The notes: a model not told the origin generated them from the letters alone. 64,000 bases of DNA from Candidatus Obscuribacterales bacterium (GCA_965228855.1 CBDDIJ010000003.1:1856001-1920000); one strand, 5' to 3'. Shown: positions 1 to 10,530, counted from the first letter of the stretch. Numbers and translations are program-made.

Positions 1-69
1 GCAATTTCCATCAGTTCAACTCAAAATTTTATTGCGGTTCAGTAGCCGCCACGCCATTAGTTCTCGCTT

Positions 70-396
70 CTAAACAGAAGCTTGATTAGCCATTCTCGCA
101 TCGTACTTTGCGACGAATGAAGCGTATAAAACATTGTCGGAATTAGAAGAAAGACCTCGCACTCCGTCAACGCAGGACTTTTGCACAGCTTCCGGCAAAC
201 CACCCAGAAGGGTGGCGTAGTGATTGGTAAGTTGTTCCGTGTACTGTTTGATGATTCTCTCGTTTGCTTGAATCAGATCCATAGCACTCGGTTTTTCATT
301 TGCTTCATAACCTTCTTGTACAACATGATCGCCAATCGACATATTGTTGGAGTCAGCCGCTTCCATATTGAATTCAAATCCATTTGGGGTGGGCAT
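70..396 (-). CDS. hypothetical protein (108 aa)
   Basis: ATG preceded by AAGGAGAG-like RBS on the minus strand; no recognisable motif. Confidence 0.55.
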   Translation of the reverse strand: MPTPNGFEFNMEAADSNNMSIGDHVVQEGYEANEKPSAMDLIQANERIIKQYTEQLTNHYATLLGGLPEAVQKSCVDGVRGLSSNSDNVLYASFVAKYDARMANQASV

Positions 397-623
397 TGTG
401 TCTCTCCTTAAAACCTAAAATTCAGAACCGCCGCATCGTGTGAATAGTTCTATCGCCGTTCGCCAATTGTTCGACAACACCTCTACGTGGAAACACCATG
501 CTTTCTGGAAAAATATCGAAAAAGTTTTTCCGGTATGAGTGGGAAAACCACAATCGCCACGTAAAGCCGTAAGTAGTAACTTAAGATAATCGCCGATCAG
601 GTGATGAACACAGAGGAAAGTGT

Positions 624-851
624 ATGAATTCAATCTCTCCAACTCTATCTACTCCAGAGTTGATGCGGATTGCAGCTGAGCACAGGGGCGGGGGCAGAAG
701 CCTGTCGCCTATCGACGAGCGGCTTCTTCTCGAAATGCTCAAAGAGCGCGGACGAGAAGAACTCGATTACGGGCAAGAGCTCATTGTAGACAGCGTCAAA
801 ATCATCCGGCGTGTTACGGGCAACGTGTCGGTATTCTTTGGAAAGATATAA
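624..851 (+). CDS. small hypothetical protein (75 aa), divergent from 70-396
   Basis: AGAGGA upstream of ATG; followed by a hairpin at 878-905. Confidence 0.5.
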   Translation: MNSISPTLSTPELMRIAAEHRGGGRSLSPIDERLLLEMLKERGREELDYGQELIVDSVKIIRRVTGNVSVFFGKI

Positions 852-877
852 CTAAACAGCTCGAATGGAAACACAAC

Positions 878-915
878 CGGCGCCTCTGTGGAAACACAGG
901 CGCCGTCATTGTTTT
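878..915 (+). terminator. putative intrinsic terminator (GAAA tetraloop hairpin)
   Basis: CGGCGC(CT)CTGTG-GAAA-CACAG-GCGCCG followed by a T-rich tract. Confidence 0.5.
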
Positions 916-1046
916 ACGCGAAGTTCTAAATCATATAGCTTCTGGATGCGCTGACTAACTAGACTTTCGATCTTCTCATAAGCGTCAAGACTGATATGAT
1001 GGGCGTTTGGACGAAGGTTACTAATATACAGAAGATATAAAACAGC

Positions 1047-1622
1047 ATGAGAAGACTAAACGCATTTGATACAGCAGTAATCGTAGTGGGCGTTTTTTGC
1101 GCAATGGGCTTTGGTCTCGCCAAAGCTGGCTATGCAGGAGTCGACAAGATTGTCGAAGGCAAAGCCAAGGTCGGAATCGATGTTTATCTGATCGGCTTGA
1201 AGACAACCGACGCTGATTTATTCACCGTCGGCGACAAATCCGCCATCACTATTAGAAACCGCCCGGTCGAGCCACCTATGGAAATCACAAAAGTGATTCA
1301 CTGGCCTCATAAAGCGTCCTTCCTCGCACAGGACGGCAAGTCAGCAGTGGCATTTACCGACCCGACCATGATGATTGAAGGGACCAATACTCCTATCGCA
1401 CACGATTTCCTGATCACAGTCACAGAAACTGCTGAGCGAACAAAAGATGGATACATCGTCAGCGGCAATAAGATAAAAATCGGCAACCAGGTTGAGCTGG
1501 AAGGCTTCAAATATAGAGCTCAGGGAGTTGTGGTCGATATAAAAGAAGTCGGAGCTGATGCGGCTGCATCAAGTGGAGCGCCAGTCAAAAACTCTGCCCC
1601 GAGTGAGGAATCAGAAAAGTGA
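1047..1622 (+). CDS. DUF4330-like membrane-anchored protein
   Basis: N-terminal 'LNAFD' plus TM helix and C-terminal 'GNKIKIGNQVELEGFKY' pattern typical of this family. Confidence 0.65.
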   Translation: MRRLNAFDTAVIVVGVFCAMGFGLAKAGYAGVDKIVEGKAKVGIDVYLIGLKTTDADLFTVGDKSAITIRNRPVEPPMEITKVIHWPHKASFLAQDGKSAVAFTDPTMMIEGTNTPIAHDFLITVTETAERTKDGYIVSGNKIKIGNQVELEGFKYRAQGVVVDIKEVGADAAASSGAPVKNSAPSEESEK

Positions 1623-3103
1623 GCTTCAGCGGTCTCTTAGATCGAACAGCCGAAAAGCTCTCACTGACATCCTTTGACCAATCCTGGTCGGATTCTCTGC
1701 GTAGCTCGATCTTTTTGAAACCTTTATTTGGTCTCTTTGAAGCGGTTCAACGAATGATGCCGCAGGACCTTGGTCGCATAGGCAGTATTCTGCAAAAGAT
1801 GGCGTTTGGCTTAAGTGTCCTTCTGTTCGGACTGATCGGGCTGCCACAGTTCGCAAGCGACAAATTCGCTCTGGCAATCGTCATAATTGCCGGACTTGGA
1901 CTATGGATTTTCGGACGATTACTGGGTGGCTCGGAGAGACGGGATTTCAGCGCTTATGATGCTATCGTGCTCGCTTACTTAGCTGCAAATGTCATCGCTA
2001 CATTTGCCTCGCACTACTTCACACCGAGCCTCAAAGGTTTAGGCAAAGTAGTCGTATATATAGGTAGCTATTTTCTATTCACCGCAGTTTTCGCGCACAA
2101 TATGAAGCGCAAGTTGATGGTACTGGGTATGGTGCTGGCCTGCGGCGTGGCACTTTCCTTGTACGGCTTCTATCAATATAAAATCGGCGTTGCGCCTCTG
2201 GCAACCTGGGAAGATCCTACGGTAGAAGGAGGAGGTGGTACGCGGATCTTCGCGACCTTAGGCAATCCAAATCTCCTCGCCGGATTACTGGTTCCGCTCG
2301 CCCCTCTGGCGATGGGACTGGGCTTGGGATTTCTCTTCGACTCCCGAAACAGACCGCTGTTGAAGGCCGGCGCGCTGATCGCAGTGGGCGCAAGCGGAAT
2401 TCTTGCACTGGCATCAGTTCTAACTCAAAGCAGAGGCGGATTCCTTGGATTGGCGGCCGGCTTTGGCGTCATCCTATATATAGGATGCGTATGGGTGTGG
2501 GTCAACCATAAGAAACTACGCACGGCAGTCATTGGCGGAGCAGTAGTATTGGTCGTATCGGCAGCAGCGGCAGTAGTTGTGATTCCATCCATCAACCAGC
2601 GAGTTTCATCAATATTCGCCGGCAGAGAACACAGCTCAAATTCTTATAGAATGAATGTCTACAGTTCGTCGCTCAAAATGTTCAAAGACAACTGGTGGAT
2701 CGGCACTGGTCCAGGGAACGAAACATTCCGGCTCGCCTACGGCTTATACATGGTGAGCAGTTACGACGCGTTGGGAACGTATTGCGTGCCACTCGAGGTC
2801 GCCGTTGAGACTGGAATCCCAGGTCTTCTGGCGTTCATCGCCATGCTCGCCTGCGCCGGAGCCAAGGCGCACGTCAAGTTCTGGGGTAAGGAGGAAGGCA
2901 CCCAGAGCTCGTCAATGACGTCCAGATGGGTCGCAGGCGGTTTAGCAGCCGCTCTGTTAGGGCTTATTGTACATGGAATGGTAGACACGGTCTTTTACCG
3001 GCCGCAAGTCCACTTTTTGTTCTGGTTGATAATTGCTTTACTAGTAACGAGTGATGAGCCGAAAAGCTCGACAGGTTCAGAAAATTCGATTAAAACGGCA
3101 TAA
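1619..3103 (+). CDS. IctB / O-antigen ligase (Wzy_C) family membrane protein
   Basis: many TM helices; 'TRIFATLGNPNLLAG', 'TQSRGG', 'SSNSYRMNVY..WWIGTGPGNETF', 'HGMVDTVFYRPQV'; 4-nt overlap with upstream gene. Confidence 0.85.
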   Translation: MSFSGLLDRTAEKLSLTSFDQSWSDSLRSSIFLKPLFGLFEAVQRMMPQDLGRIGSILQKMAFGLSVLLFGLIGLPQFASDKFALAIVIIAGLGLWIFGRLLGGSERRDFSAYDAIVLAYLAANVIATFASHYFTPSLKGLGKVVVYIGSYFLFTAVFAHNMKRKLMVLGMVLACGVALSLYGFYQYKIGVAPLATWEDPTVEGGGGTRIFATLGNPNLLAGLLVPLAPLAMGLGLGFLFDSRNRPLLKAGALIAVGASGILALASVLTQSRGGFLGLAAGFGVILYIGCVWVWVNHKKLRTAVIGGAVVLVVSAAAAVVVIPSINQRVSSIFAGREHSSNSYRMNVYSSSLKMFKDNWWIGTGPGNETFRLAYGLYMVSSYDALGTYCVPLEVAVETGIPGLLAFIAMLACAGAKAHVKFWGKEEGTQSSSMTSRWVAGGLAAALLGLIVHGMVDTVFYRPQVHFLFWLIIALLVTSDEPKSSTGSENSIKTA

Positions 3104-3242
3104 CATTAGCACCGCTTAATGAAATCCAGTTAATCTTAAATTCAAATCTTGCCCGAGCCTACTCTTTTGAAATCCACCCTATAGCCAATACAGTTGAGGC
3201 ATTCAAAGGATCGACTCAAAATAGTCTTAAAGGTTCCTAATC

Positions 3243-3271
3243 TTGACAGACTGTGAACATTAAGCGATACT
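3243..3271 (+). promoter_or_regulatory. putative sigma70-type promoter
   Basis: TTGACA-17 nt-GATACT upstream of the 3413 gene. Confidence 0.4.
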
Positions 3272-3412
3272 AATTTATATCTGTTTAATGCGGCCCCATT
3301 TTGGCATGGCTGCGAACGTAGAAAAGTTACTCAAGTTACTCTCTCGGATCCCCAAAGTTTGAATCGAAAACGGACCTTTATTCGGCTGAGACCACACGGA
3401 GGATGCAGCCAC

Positions 3413-5671
3413 ATGAAACTAAATCGACGGAGAGGGGCAACACTAGGTCTGGTGGCAGTATGCGTACTGGTCATCATCGTCCTGGGCGTTGGCTTCTTCA
3501 TCCTTTCTCAAATCCTCGGCGGCGGACGCGAAGTCGCGAACGCCACTGACGCAGGTGTGTTGAACGTAGCAAGAAGAGCTCTTTCACCAACACTTATTCA
3601 AGTCCCGTTGACCGGCGACTCGCCGGGTAACCCGACGGACGACTTCCTGGCTGTTGGTATCGACCCTGCCGGTAATGCCAACACTGGCACCGGTAACCTC
3701 GACTCTACGCACAGAAACATCTCGATGCTCGGTCTCAACCGTATCGTCGCCCAAGCAGTCATCGTTGCCTGCAACGCTCAAGAAATCAATACTACCGCCG
3801 CATCCGGTCACGCACAAAACGTAGCCGCAGCAGCAAAATCAGTTGCAACACAGCTGAAAAATATGGTCGAAGGTGGAACGAAACTTCCGCCGGAATTCAC
3901 CAACGTTGCTCATTCGAACAACACCAAGATGTTCCAGGGCAATAAAGTCACCCTGACGAGCCTCCAGACCGGATTCCTCCGTCCCGGCTTATCAACCAAC
4001 GTTTATATCTCGCCTGGTTTGACCTCGGCGATTAACGTTTCAATGCCGAGCAACTTGAAGTCGAACCATCACTTCCCGAATGCTCTAACGCATGACCTTT
4101 CCAGACAAGATCAGTACATGGCAGGATACATCAACTTCTCCGTACCGGCTGGACCGGGTGGACCCGTTGAAATTTCCGGCGTTCCGATCTTCCCGAAACA
4201 AAAACCTCACTTGGTCGACATCGGCGAATTCAACGCCGGTTCGAGCTCGCCATCGGGTGTCAACTACCTGCCACCTAACGCATTCCGCGCCAATAGCCAG
4301 ACCCAGGAGAATAATTCTTCCGGATTCGGTGGAGCGGTTGCATGCGCACTGGTTGGTGCTCTCGACCAGGACTTTGCCGCTTCGGTTCCAAGAGGATACA
4401 TCCGTATCAAGAACGGACCTGATGCAGGCGCAGCTCACTCATCGATTATTTCGAACCCGGTTGTCGACGGACAAAACGACGTGTTCAACAACGAACTGTG
4501 GCCACCGAACGGCGGCGGCGTCGATATCACCAACAATGGAATTTATGCTCTGAACTCGGAAACCGCAGCTCAGAACTACCTTTCACAGGTCCTCGCGTAC
4601 AATGCAGATAATACAAAACCGGAACCAGATTGGTTGAACCCTCCTTCGGCTCTTCAAATCCTCACCGGTACCGGCGGCGGACACAGAAGTCCAAACGAGC
4701 TTGAACTCAAAGCAGCCGGCACGTCCAAACAGCAGTGCGACGCTCTCACTCTGTGGGATGCACCTTGCAATCACTGGGCACCAGATCCGAACACCGGAGC
4801 AGTCCCTGGTGACAGCAGTATCGTCACCGCTCTTCAAGATCAGTATCACGCTAACAGCACTCAGAACAACCCCGGTTCAAACAATGGCTACACCGCAGTT
4901 GAAGTGCAAAAGCATGACCTGCTCTCACATCGCTACGGCGGTTCCAAGTGCTCGTCCGTCGTTGCCATCGGACGTGACGGCTCCACCAAGTACGGTATGA
5001 AGCAATTCGAGCCATCGGGTTGCTACGCGACACCGCACTCCAACGTCGCCTTCGGCGCACCTGGCTCGCCTCTGGCTTACCTCCAACAAATTGGTAACCA
5101 GGGATGGAAAGGATCGAGAGGCTCTACAGGTACCCTCCCGTCCGGTCCGTTCGCGTCGGCAAGCGCCGACAACCACTCCGGTTCGGCAGCATGCCAGGAT
5201 GACATCATCGACAGAATCTGGAAGAGAATGAGACAAGTCGATCCCAGTATTCCTAGAGATAAAGTTGAGTTGGCACTCTCGCAACAGCCTCTCGAATTGG
5301 GTGAAACCTTGTACCTCCATTGCCCTGGTCCTGGTACCGTAACCATGACCTCCGCAACACCAGCTGATTACTTCAGCTCCGGAGTGCCTAACGATGGCGC
5401 ATCGTCAGCGGCGATCTACAACTGCGAAAACCAGTACAACATCTCCAACACGATCGTCAACGCCAAGCATGGTAGTGGTTCACCGAACGTGAGCTGTCAC
5501 GCAACCGGTGATGCTAACTTCCACGACAGACCATACACCGAAGGTCCTGACTTCCTCCCTGGAATCGACCGCGCGGTATGGACGCCTTCAACAGGATGGA
5601 GAAACCTCCTCGGCGAAATCGAATTCCAAAACGAAGCCGGTGGAGCAGGTACATTCTGCAAACCTAACTAA
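3413..5671 (+). CDS. TadG-like pilus-associated pseudopilin/adhesin with large Gly/Asn/Cys-rich exported domain
   Basis: start moved to ATG 3413 (GGAGGA RBS); 'RRRG|ATLGLV' basic leader, TM helix and 'ATDAGVLNVA' Tad motif. Confidence 0.65.
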   Translation: MKLNRRRGATLGLVAVCVLVIIVLGVGFFILSQILGGGREVANATDAGVLNVARRALSPTLIQVPLTGDSPGNPTDDFLAVGIDPAGNANTGTGNLDSTHRNISMLGLNRIVAQAVIVACNAQEINTTAASGHAQNVAAAAKSVATQLKNMVEGGTKLPPEFTNVAHSNNTKMFQGNKVTLTSLQTGFLRPGLSTNVYISPGLTSAINVSMPSNLKSNHHFPNALTHDLSRQDQYMAGYINFSVPAGPGGPVEISGVPIFPKQKPHLVDIGEFNAGSSSPSGVNYLPPNAFRANSQTQENNSSGFGGAVACALVGALDQDFAASVPRGYIRIKNGPDAGAAHSSIISNPVVDGQNDVFNNELWPPNGGGVDITNNGIYALNSETAAQNYLSQVLAYNADNTKPEPDWLNPPSALQILTGTGGGHRSPNELELKAAGTSKQQCDALTLWDAPCNHWAPDPNTGAVPGDSSIVTALQDQYHANSTQNNPGSNNGYTAVEVQKHDLLSHRYGGSKCSSVVAIGRDGSTKYGMKQFEPSGCYATPHSNVAFGAPGSPLAYLQQIGNQGWKGSRGSTGTLPSGPFASASADNHSGSAACQDDIIDRIWKRMRQVDPSIPRDKVELALSQQPLELGETLYLHCPGPGTVTMTSATPADYFSSGVPNDGASSAAIYNCENQYNISNTIVNAKHGSGSPNVSCHATGDANFHDRPYTEGPDFLPGIDRAVWTPSTGWRNLLGEIEFQNEAGGAGTFCKPN

Positions 5672-5690
5672 TCAATCAACTGACCGAGAT

Positions 5691-5740
5691 GACGAGGACC
5701 CGCCTCCCCGCGATAGCAGAGAGGCGGGTTCTTCGTTTCA
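5691..5740 (+). terminator. intrinsic terminator
   Basis: GACCCGCCTC...GAGGCGGGTT stem followed by CTTCGTTTC. Confidence 0.65.
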
Positions 5741-5838
5741 ATCTTGGATCAGAACCTAGAAAAGTGGCACCAGTCCCGAAAGGCACATCTCCAATTGTGG
5801 TAAATTGAAATAAATCGCTCGACTACACGGGAGGACAA

Positions 5839-6369
5839 ATGAAGAGGTTTAGAATCGCGACTCAGATCGCCATGACGCTAGTCGTTGGATCACTCGGATT
5901 TTTCAGCACGATGGCTGACGCTCAAGCCCCAAAAACGCCGACGCAACAGTATAGACGCCAGCAGATGGCAAGAAATTACGGCGCTCCGGTTCGCCGAGAA
6001 CAACCAAGTGAGTACAAAGCGAATGTCCTTGATCGCGATGTAGTTCTACCAAATCTTCCCGGCTATACGGGAAAACAAGTTTTCGTATCCGGTTTGATCT
6101 ATCCAAACGCGCGCAACTCGCCAGGATACATGGTCACGTACAATACAGAACACACCAAGGATCAGGTAAAACAGTGGTGGATGAACGCACTGAATATGCC
6201 ACCATGGAAAGTGACTTTTACTGACTCCAGCTCGATTCAAGCGGTGTCAAAAGACGGTGCAAAAGTCACGGTTTCACCAGGCATTAGCGTGACGACCACG
6301 GCTGAGAAACGCAAAGGAATGCATGGAAGCTACATTGTGTATTACCACGACAATGGCAAGCCACGCTAA
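5839..6369 (+). CDS. secreted hypothetical protein
   Basis: GGAGGA RBS; signal peptide ending near 'ADA-QAP'. Confidence 0.7.
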   Translation: MKRFRIATQIAMTLVVGSLGFFSTMADAQAPKTPTQQYRRQQMARNYGAPVRREQPSEYKANVLDRDVVLPNLPGYTGKQVFVSGLIYPNARNSPGYMVTYNTEHTKDQVKQWWMNALNMPPWKVTFTDSSSIQAVSKDGAKVTVSPGISVTTTAEKRKGMHGSYIVYYHDNGKPR

Positions 6370-6405
6370 ACATCGGAAACGAACTTATCAGCTTGCGTAA
6401 AGCGT

Positions 6406-7314
6406 GTGCGTCAAAAACTTCGACGACTCTCAAGAATAACCGCGATGATCTTTCTGCTGAGCACAAGCTTGGTATCCCTTTCTTCGTGTCGTGCAAATGA
6501 ACTGATGTTGGGGAACCAGGCGAGATCCGGTGAGATGGATATCGCTTTGAATAAGGTTGCAAGCTTTAATTACCTTTCTCGCAGTCAGATTCTTGCAATA
6601 CGAAGCGCGCAGGTTTCAAAATTTGCGGATCTGCTGCAAAAACCATACGAGCCAAATCACTTTGTTTTCGATCAAATTGTCGACAACAAGCCGTGGTGGG
6701 GAATGCATGGTGCCTTCGTCTTCGGCGAAGGACAAAGAAGTATCGAAGGTCCATCGGAAGAATCACGCTTCGTTCTCAATCCATATCTATTAGTAGCGGC
6801 GTCATCCTGGTCAGCCGAAATCTGGAACAAAGAAAAGATTTCAGAGGAGGATCTGACACAGCCGGATTTTCCATTCTGCTGGAATCCCGTTTCCTTGCGC
6901 TTCTCGCCGAAGGAGAAAACTGTTTCCGCGACCTACGATGTATCATCCTTCAATCGCAGTTTGGAAAAATGGCAAGACAAGATTATAGATAGATCGCCGA
7001 TCGACGATTTCGGTTTAGTCGCATATAACGCGCGTGACTTCGGATTCAACTACATCTTCGTCCCTGTCGATCAATGCACTAACGTGAAAAATCTGAACAA
7101 TGCGCCCGGTCCCACCGACATCAAGCAATACATACACTGCGGAAACACCTGCAAATACTCAGGCGATTGCAATAACATGAGCCCAGCACAAGAGCCTATA
7201 GATCACTTCAAGTTCACAGCACTCCCGGCAGAAGTGAAAGTTCTTCTCTGGAAGGAAAAACCAAAGAGCACTCAAGCCTCGCCTGACATGACCGTTTTCA
7301 TCAAGCTACAGTAG
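6406..7314 (+). CDS. hypothetical exported protein/lipoprotein
   Basis: basic N-terminus, hydrophobic core, 'LSSC' lipobox-like motif; Cys cluster HCGNTCKYSGDC. Confidence 0.65.
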   Translation: MRQKLRRLSRITAMIFLLSTSLVSLSSCRANELMLGNQARSGEMDIALNKVASFNYLSRSQILAIRSAQVSKFADLLQKPYEPNHFVFDQIVDNKPWWGMHGAFVFGEGQRSIEGPSEESRFVLNPYLLVAASSWSAEIWNKEKISEEDLTQPDFPFCWNPVSLRFSPKEKTVSATYDVSSFNRSLEKWQDKIIDRSPIDDFGLVAYNARDFGFNYIFVPVDQCTNVKNLNNAPGPTDIKQYIHCGNTCKYSGDCNNMSPAQEPIDHFKFTALPAEVKVLLWKEKPKSTQASPDMTVFIKLQ

Positions 7315-7545
7315 CACCTCAGTCACCGCTCCAACGCAAACAACTCGTCTATCGCAATTGTGAGCTCATCACTTTTGCGGTCGGTCAACAACGCGCTTTG
7401 TCCTTATGGCACACGGAGAAGCAGCAGGGGCGGTCTTTGATCGACTTTTATGTGAATGTTATGTTGCGCAGGCAGAATCTAAATCACCAGCCACTAGCGA
7501 GCCACGAAGCGCTCCAGCTCACTATTTTTAACCGGAGATACAAAA

Positions 7546-8646
7546 ATGGGACAACAAGCAAACCACGAATCGATTGGCGACATCGCCCGCGACCCGCTCA
7601 AGGGCGGAGCTGATGGAGCTTATAAACAGTTACGCGCAGAAGTAATCGGCACCGACCCTTACGACACCGTCGCAGCGCACAATCGAATGTCGGAAGCTAC
7701 TCAAGATATGGTAGACCAGGGCGTTCTCCCACAAGTATCGGCAGCATGGCTGAAGAACGAATTCTCGAGAATCGACACAAGCGGAAATGGACTTATCGAA
7801 CGCGACGAAATCAAGGCCGCGAAAGAGCAAAGCACAAGATTCGGTGAGTTTGACGGAACTTTCGCCAATGAATTCGATAACAACCTTTTCGATAGATTGG
7901 CGTCATTGGATGAGCGAATCGGCGAAGAGAACATCTCGAAAGGCGATTTGAACCGCTTCTTGCGCCGCGATGATCGTGCTCATCGCAGAGAGAATAGACA
8001 AGAAGATGCACGAGATGAACTCGCACCTTTGTATCAAGGAGCAGACCCAGCGATCAACTATTTGAACACTGACGGCAATCGAAGAGTAAGCAGATCCGAG
8101 ATGAAAGCATTTATGCGCGACTATGAAAAGTTTCATGGAAGCGGTCCTTACACCGAAGAGAATGCAAAACTCGTAGATGACCTTCTACACGGCCGCGTCC
8201 TCTCGATTCATCACGGCGGTGCAGGCGGTTTCTCCGCAAGACACACTGCAAAGGCTATGGGAATGGATTCGGCGCATGGCAGAAAGCATAAAGATTTCTC
8301 ACTGGTAGTCGAGGACTACGACAAGGAGCGACCAACCAGATACGGTCAGGCAGACCCAAGTTCACCAGGAGAGGGAGAACGAAGCGATTCTGCTGTGGAA
8401 GTCAAACCGACGGCAGCGCCGGAAGTTTGCCCGGAGCCGGTGGAGAGCTATAAGGTCAAGAAAGGTGATTGCGTCTGGAACATCGCAAAAGATCACATGA
8501 CTTCGGACGAACACCGTCCAAGAAATCGCGAGGTGCACAGGTACGTGAAACAGATCTCCCGCGTCAATGATCTGGACAAAAACGGCAGATCTCCGGACCT
8601 CATCTATCCAGGTGAGAGCCTGCTGATTCCGCCTCTAGACAGATAA
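7546..8646 (+). CDS. EF-hand-like and C-terminal LysM domain protein
   Basis: DTSGNGLIERDE and NTDGNRRVSRSE loops; LysM 'YKVKKGDCVWNIA...PDLIYPGESLLIP'. Confidence 0.75.
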   Translation: MGQQANHESIGDIARDPLKGGADGAYKQLRAEVIGTDPYDTVAAHNRMSEATQDMVDQGVLPQVSAAWLKNEFSRIDTSGNGLIERDEIKAAKEQSTRFGEFDGTFANEFDNNLFDRLASLDERIGEENISKGDLNRFLRRDDRAHRRENRQEDARDELAPLYQGADPAINYLNTDGNRRVSRSEMKAFMRDYEKFHGSGPYTEENAKLVDDLLHGRVLSIHHGGAGGFSARHTAKAMGMDSAHGRKHKDFSLVVEDYDKERPTRYGQADPSSPGEGERSDSAVEVKPTAAPEVCPEPVESYKVKKGDCVWNIAKDHMTSDEHRPRNREVHRYVKQISRVNDLDKNGRSPDLIYPGESLLIPPLDR

Positions 8647-8701
8647 GCATTACATCAACCAGAGCAGGAGCATGAGCACCGCGCATGGTGGCGAAGAGAA
8701 G

Positions 8702-8726
8702 GCCCAGTATCGGAAACGAGCTGGGC
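8702..8726. terminator. hairpin between convergent genes
   Basis: GCCCAG-TA-TCG-GAAA-CGA-G-CTGGGC. Confidence 0.4.
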
Positions 8727-8733
8727 ACTCTCT

Positions 8734-10530
8734 TTAGAATTCCGGAGTCGAAAACGCATAAGCAGGCAGCGTAGTTAAGCGCGAGTCGTGAACGGCTTTT
8801 CCAAAGGTGAAGTTGTAGATCACTTCTTTTCCATCATCAAGAGCTAGATATTTGTTTATATCATCATCCACAAAGCAGCCTATCCCTGTGGCGTCATGAC
8901 CGAGGGCGCAAGCGGTCAAATAGAGCATTTGACCTATGTATCCGGCCTCATAATGCGCGAATCGGTAGCAGCGATCACCATACAGACGGTAGCCTTCCTG
9001 AAAATCTGCAATCATCGAAACAGAAAATGCGCCGTCACTAGCTATATCCTGGAAGCAGCTGGTTTCCTTCGCGCCCTCCCTCTGATCGCGCAAGAGGAGG
9101 GGAACGAGGTTGTTTTCAAACCGATCGAAGTAATAAAGACCTGGTGCGAGACCCTCCACTCGGTGAACGTAGAGATACAAATGAATAAGATGCTCGCGAG
9201 CAGATCGAGTCCAGTGACCATCGGTTACAACATCAACACCCTGAAAGTCAGCAGGGAAACCCATGGTAGAGGTACGCAGAATGTACGTCAGGTGCTTCAA
9301 CGGCATGCCGGTTTTACCATCCATGTCGACAGCAGACCGTCTCTTACGAATAGTTTGGTGAACCGACTTGTGCTGAGAGATCTCGCTTGCGTTCTCAAAA
9401 TCAAACTGCAGGTCTATTGCGTCGCCGGCAGCTTGGACGGGACCAGGTTTTGGTGCCGCCTTCGCAGCTCCCCCGGTAAAAAAATCTTTCTGTTTGCGAC
9501 GAACATCACGGCACGAATCTAAACCATATTTGGTCGCCTGGTAGACTCTCGAGATCTGAGGATAGTCGATAATTTGAGACGACAACTGATTCGGTTTTCC
9601 GATAAACGGGCCCAGAGCAGAAAGTGTCGTGGTCTCCGTTCCAGCCGGATCACCCGGTTGCGCCGCCCCCGCATGGAAAGAATCCAGCGAAAGCACAGAG
9701 TCGTGCGGAGCAAACAAATTAGCAGAACCAGGAGACAGCAGGACCAGAGCAAGCGGCTTCTCATCAGTCTGGTTTAAACCCAGATAGTCTGCAACCTCTT
9801 CGTCAGGGAAAATACCAACGATGCGCATCGACCAGCCCAATGCCGACGCCGACAGAGACAGCGAAGCAAGCGCATGTCCCATATCATGCTGACAGTAGCG
9901 GAATGCGCGCTCCCTGTATTTCCAGGCCTCTCGGAAAAATATCGAGGAGAGACATAGCACCACAGGAGGTGCATCGATCTGAATGCCGAGCCGCCGTAAA
10001 AGCGGAGTGACGGCATCACCGCGCACGCGCTGCTCGAGCTTATGCTCATTGACTTTATAGTGATACGCACCGGCGCCGAGACCGACGGAACCACGACTGA
10101 TGAGCACATGAGTATCAGTCGGATGAAGATTTCCTGATGACGCATTGACGCGAAGCGCCCATCGATTGTTTGTACCGACAACCTGTTTCCATGCACTTAT
10201 CGCCACGCCATAGAAGAGAAGGTTGGAGATGAACTTGAGAAGATCATCCGTTTCCGGCTTCTGTGCATCGCTGTCCCGTTGGCTAAAAACAATCCGAGCG
10301 TTTTCAACGTGTGAAACTGCCGCCTGAAAAAGATCCTGGCTGGAAACCGAGAACTCATGCGGCAGATCAATGAGCGGCGCGCCGTCGAAACGGAGAAACG
10401 GATCGGGCTGACTGTCCCAGGCAAGACGATGACCATACGAATACAGTTTCTGAATCGTGTGCTTGGTGGCGTGATGGTATTCGTAAAACGGGGATTGTTT
10501 CAAATCCGTTTCTGTGCGGCTGAATGGCAT
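8734..10530 (-). CDS. SagB/ThcOx-family dehydrogenase (tandem nitroreductase-like domains)
   Basis: 'YHHATKH', 'LRVNASSGNLHPT', 'REAWKYRERAFRYCQHDMGH', 'RKRRS', 'ATGIGCFVDD'; start placed at ATG 10530 (track extends to 10674). Confidence 0.85.
   Translation of the reverse strand: MPFSRTETDLKQSPFYEYHHATKHTIQKLYSYGHRLAWDSQPDPFLRFDGAPLIDLPHEFSVSSQDLFQAAVSHVENARIVFSQRDSDAQKPETDDLLKFISNLLFYGVAISAWKQVVGTNNRWALRVNASSGNLHPTDTHVLISRGSVGLGAGAYHYKVNEHKLEQRVRGDAVTPLLRRLGIQIDAPPVVLCLSSIFFREAWKYRERAFRYCQHDMGHALASLSLSASALGWSMRIVGIFPDEEVADYLGLNQTDEKPLALVLLSPGSANLFAPHDSVLSLDSFHAGAAQPGDPAGTETTTLSALGPFIGKPNQLSSQIIDYPQISRVYQATKYGLDSCRDVRRKQKDFFTGGAAKAAPKPGPVQAAGDAIDLQFDFENASEISQHKSVHQTIRKRRSAVDMDGKTGMPLKHLTYILRTSTMGFPADFQGVDVVTDGHWTRSAREHLIHLYLYVHRVEGLAPGLYYFDRFENNLVPLLLRDQREGAKETSCFQDIASDGAFSVSMIADFQEGYRLYGDRCYRFAHYEAGYIGQMLYLTACALGHDATGIGCFVDDDINKYLALDDGKEVIYNFTFGKAVHDSRLTTLPAYAFSTPEF

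Noticed and set aside
8734..10530. SagB/ThcOx gene as part of an azole RiPP cluster
   Set aside because: No YcaO, precursor peptide or transporter nearby; stand-alone members of this family are common
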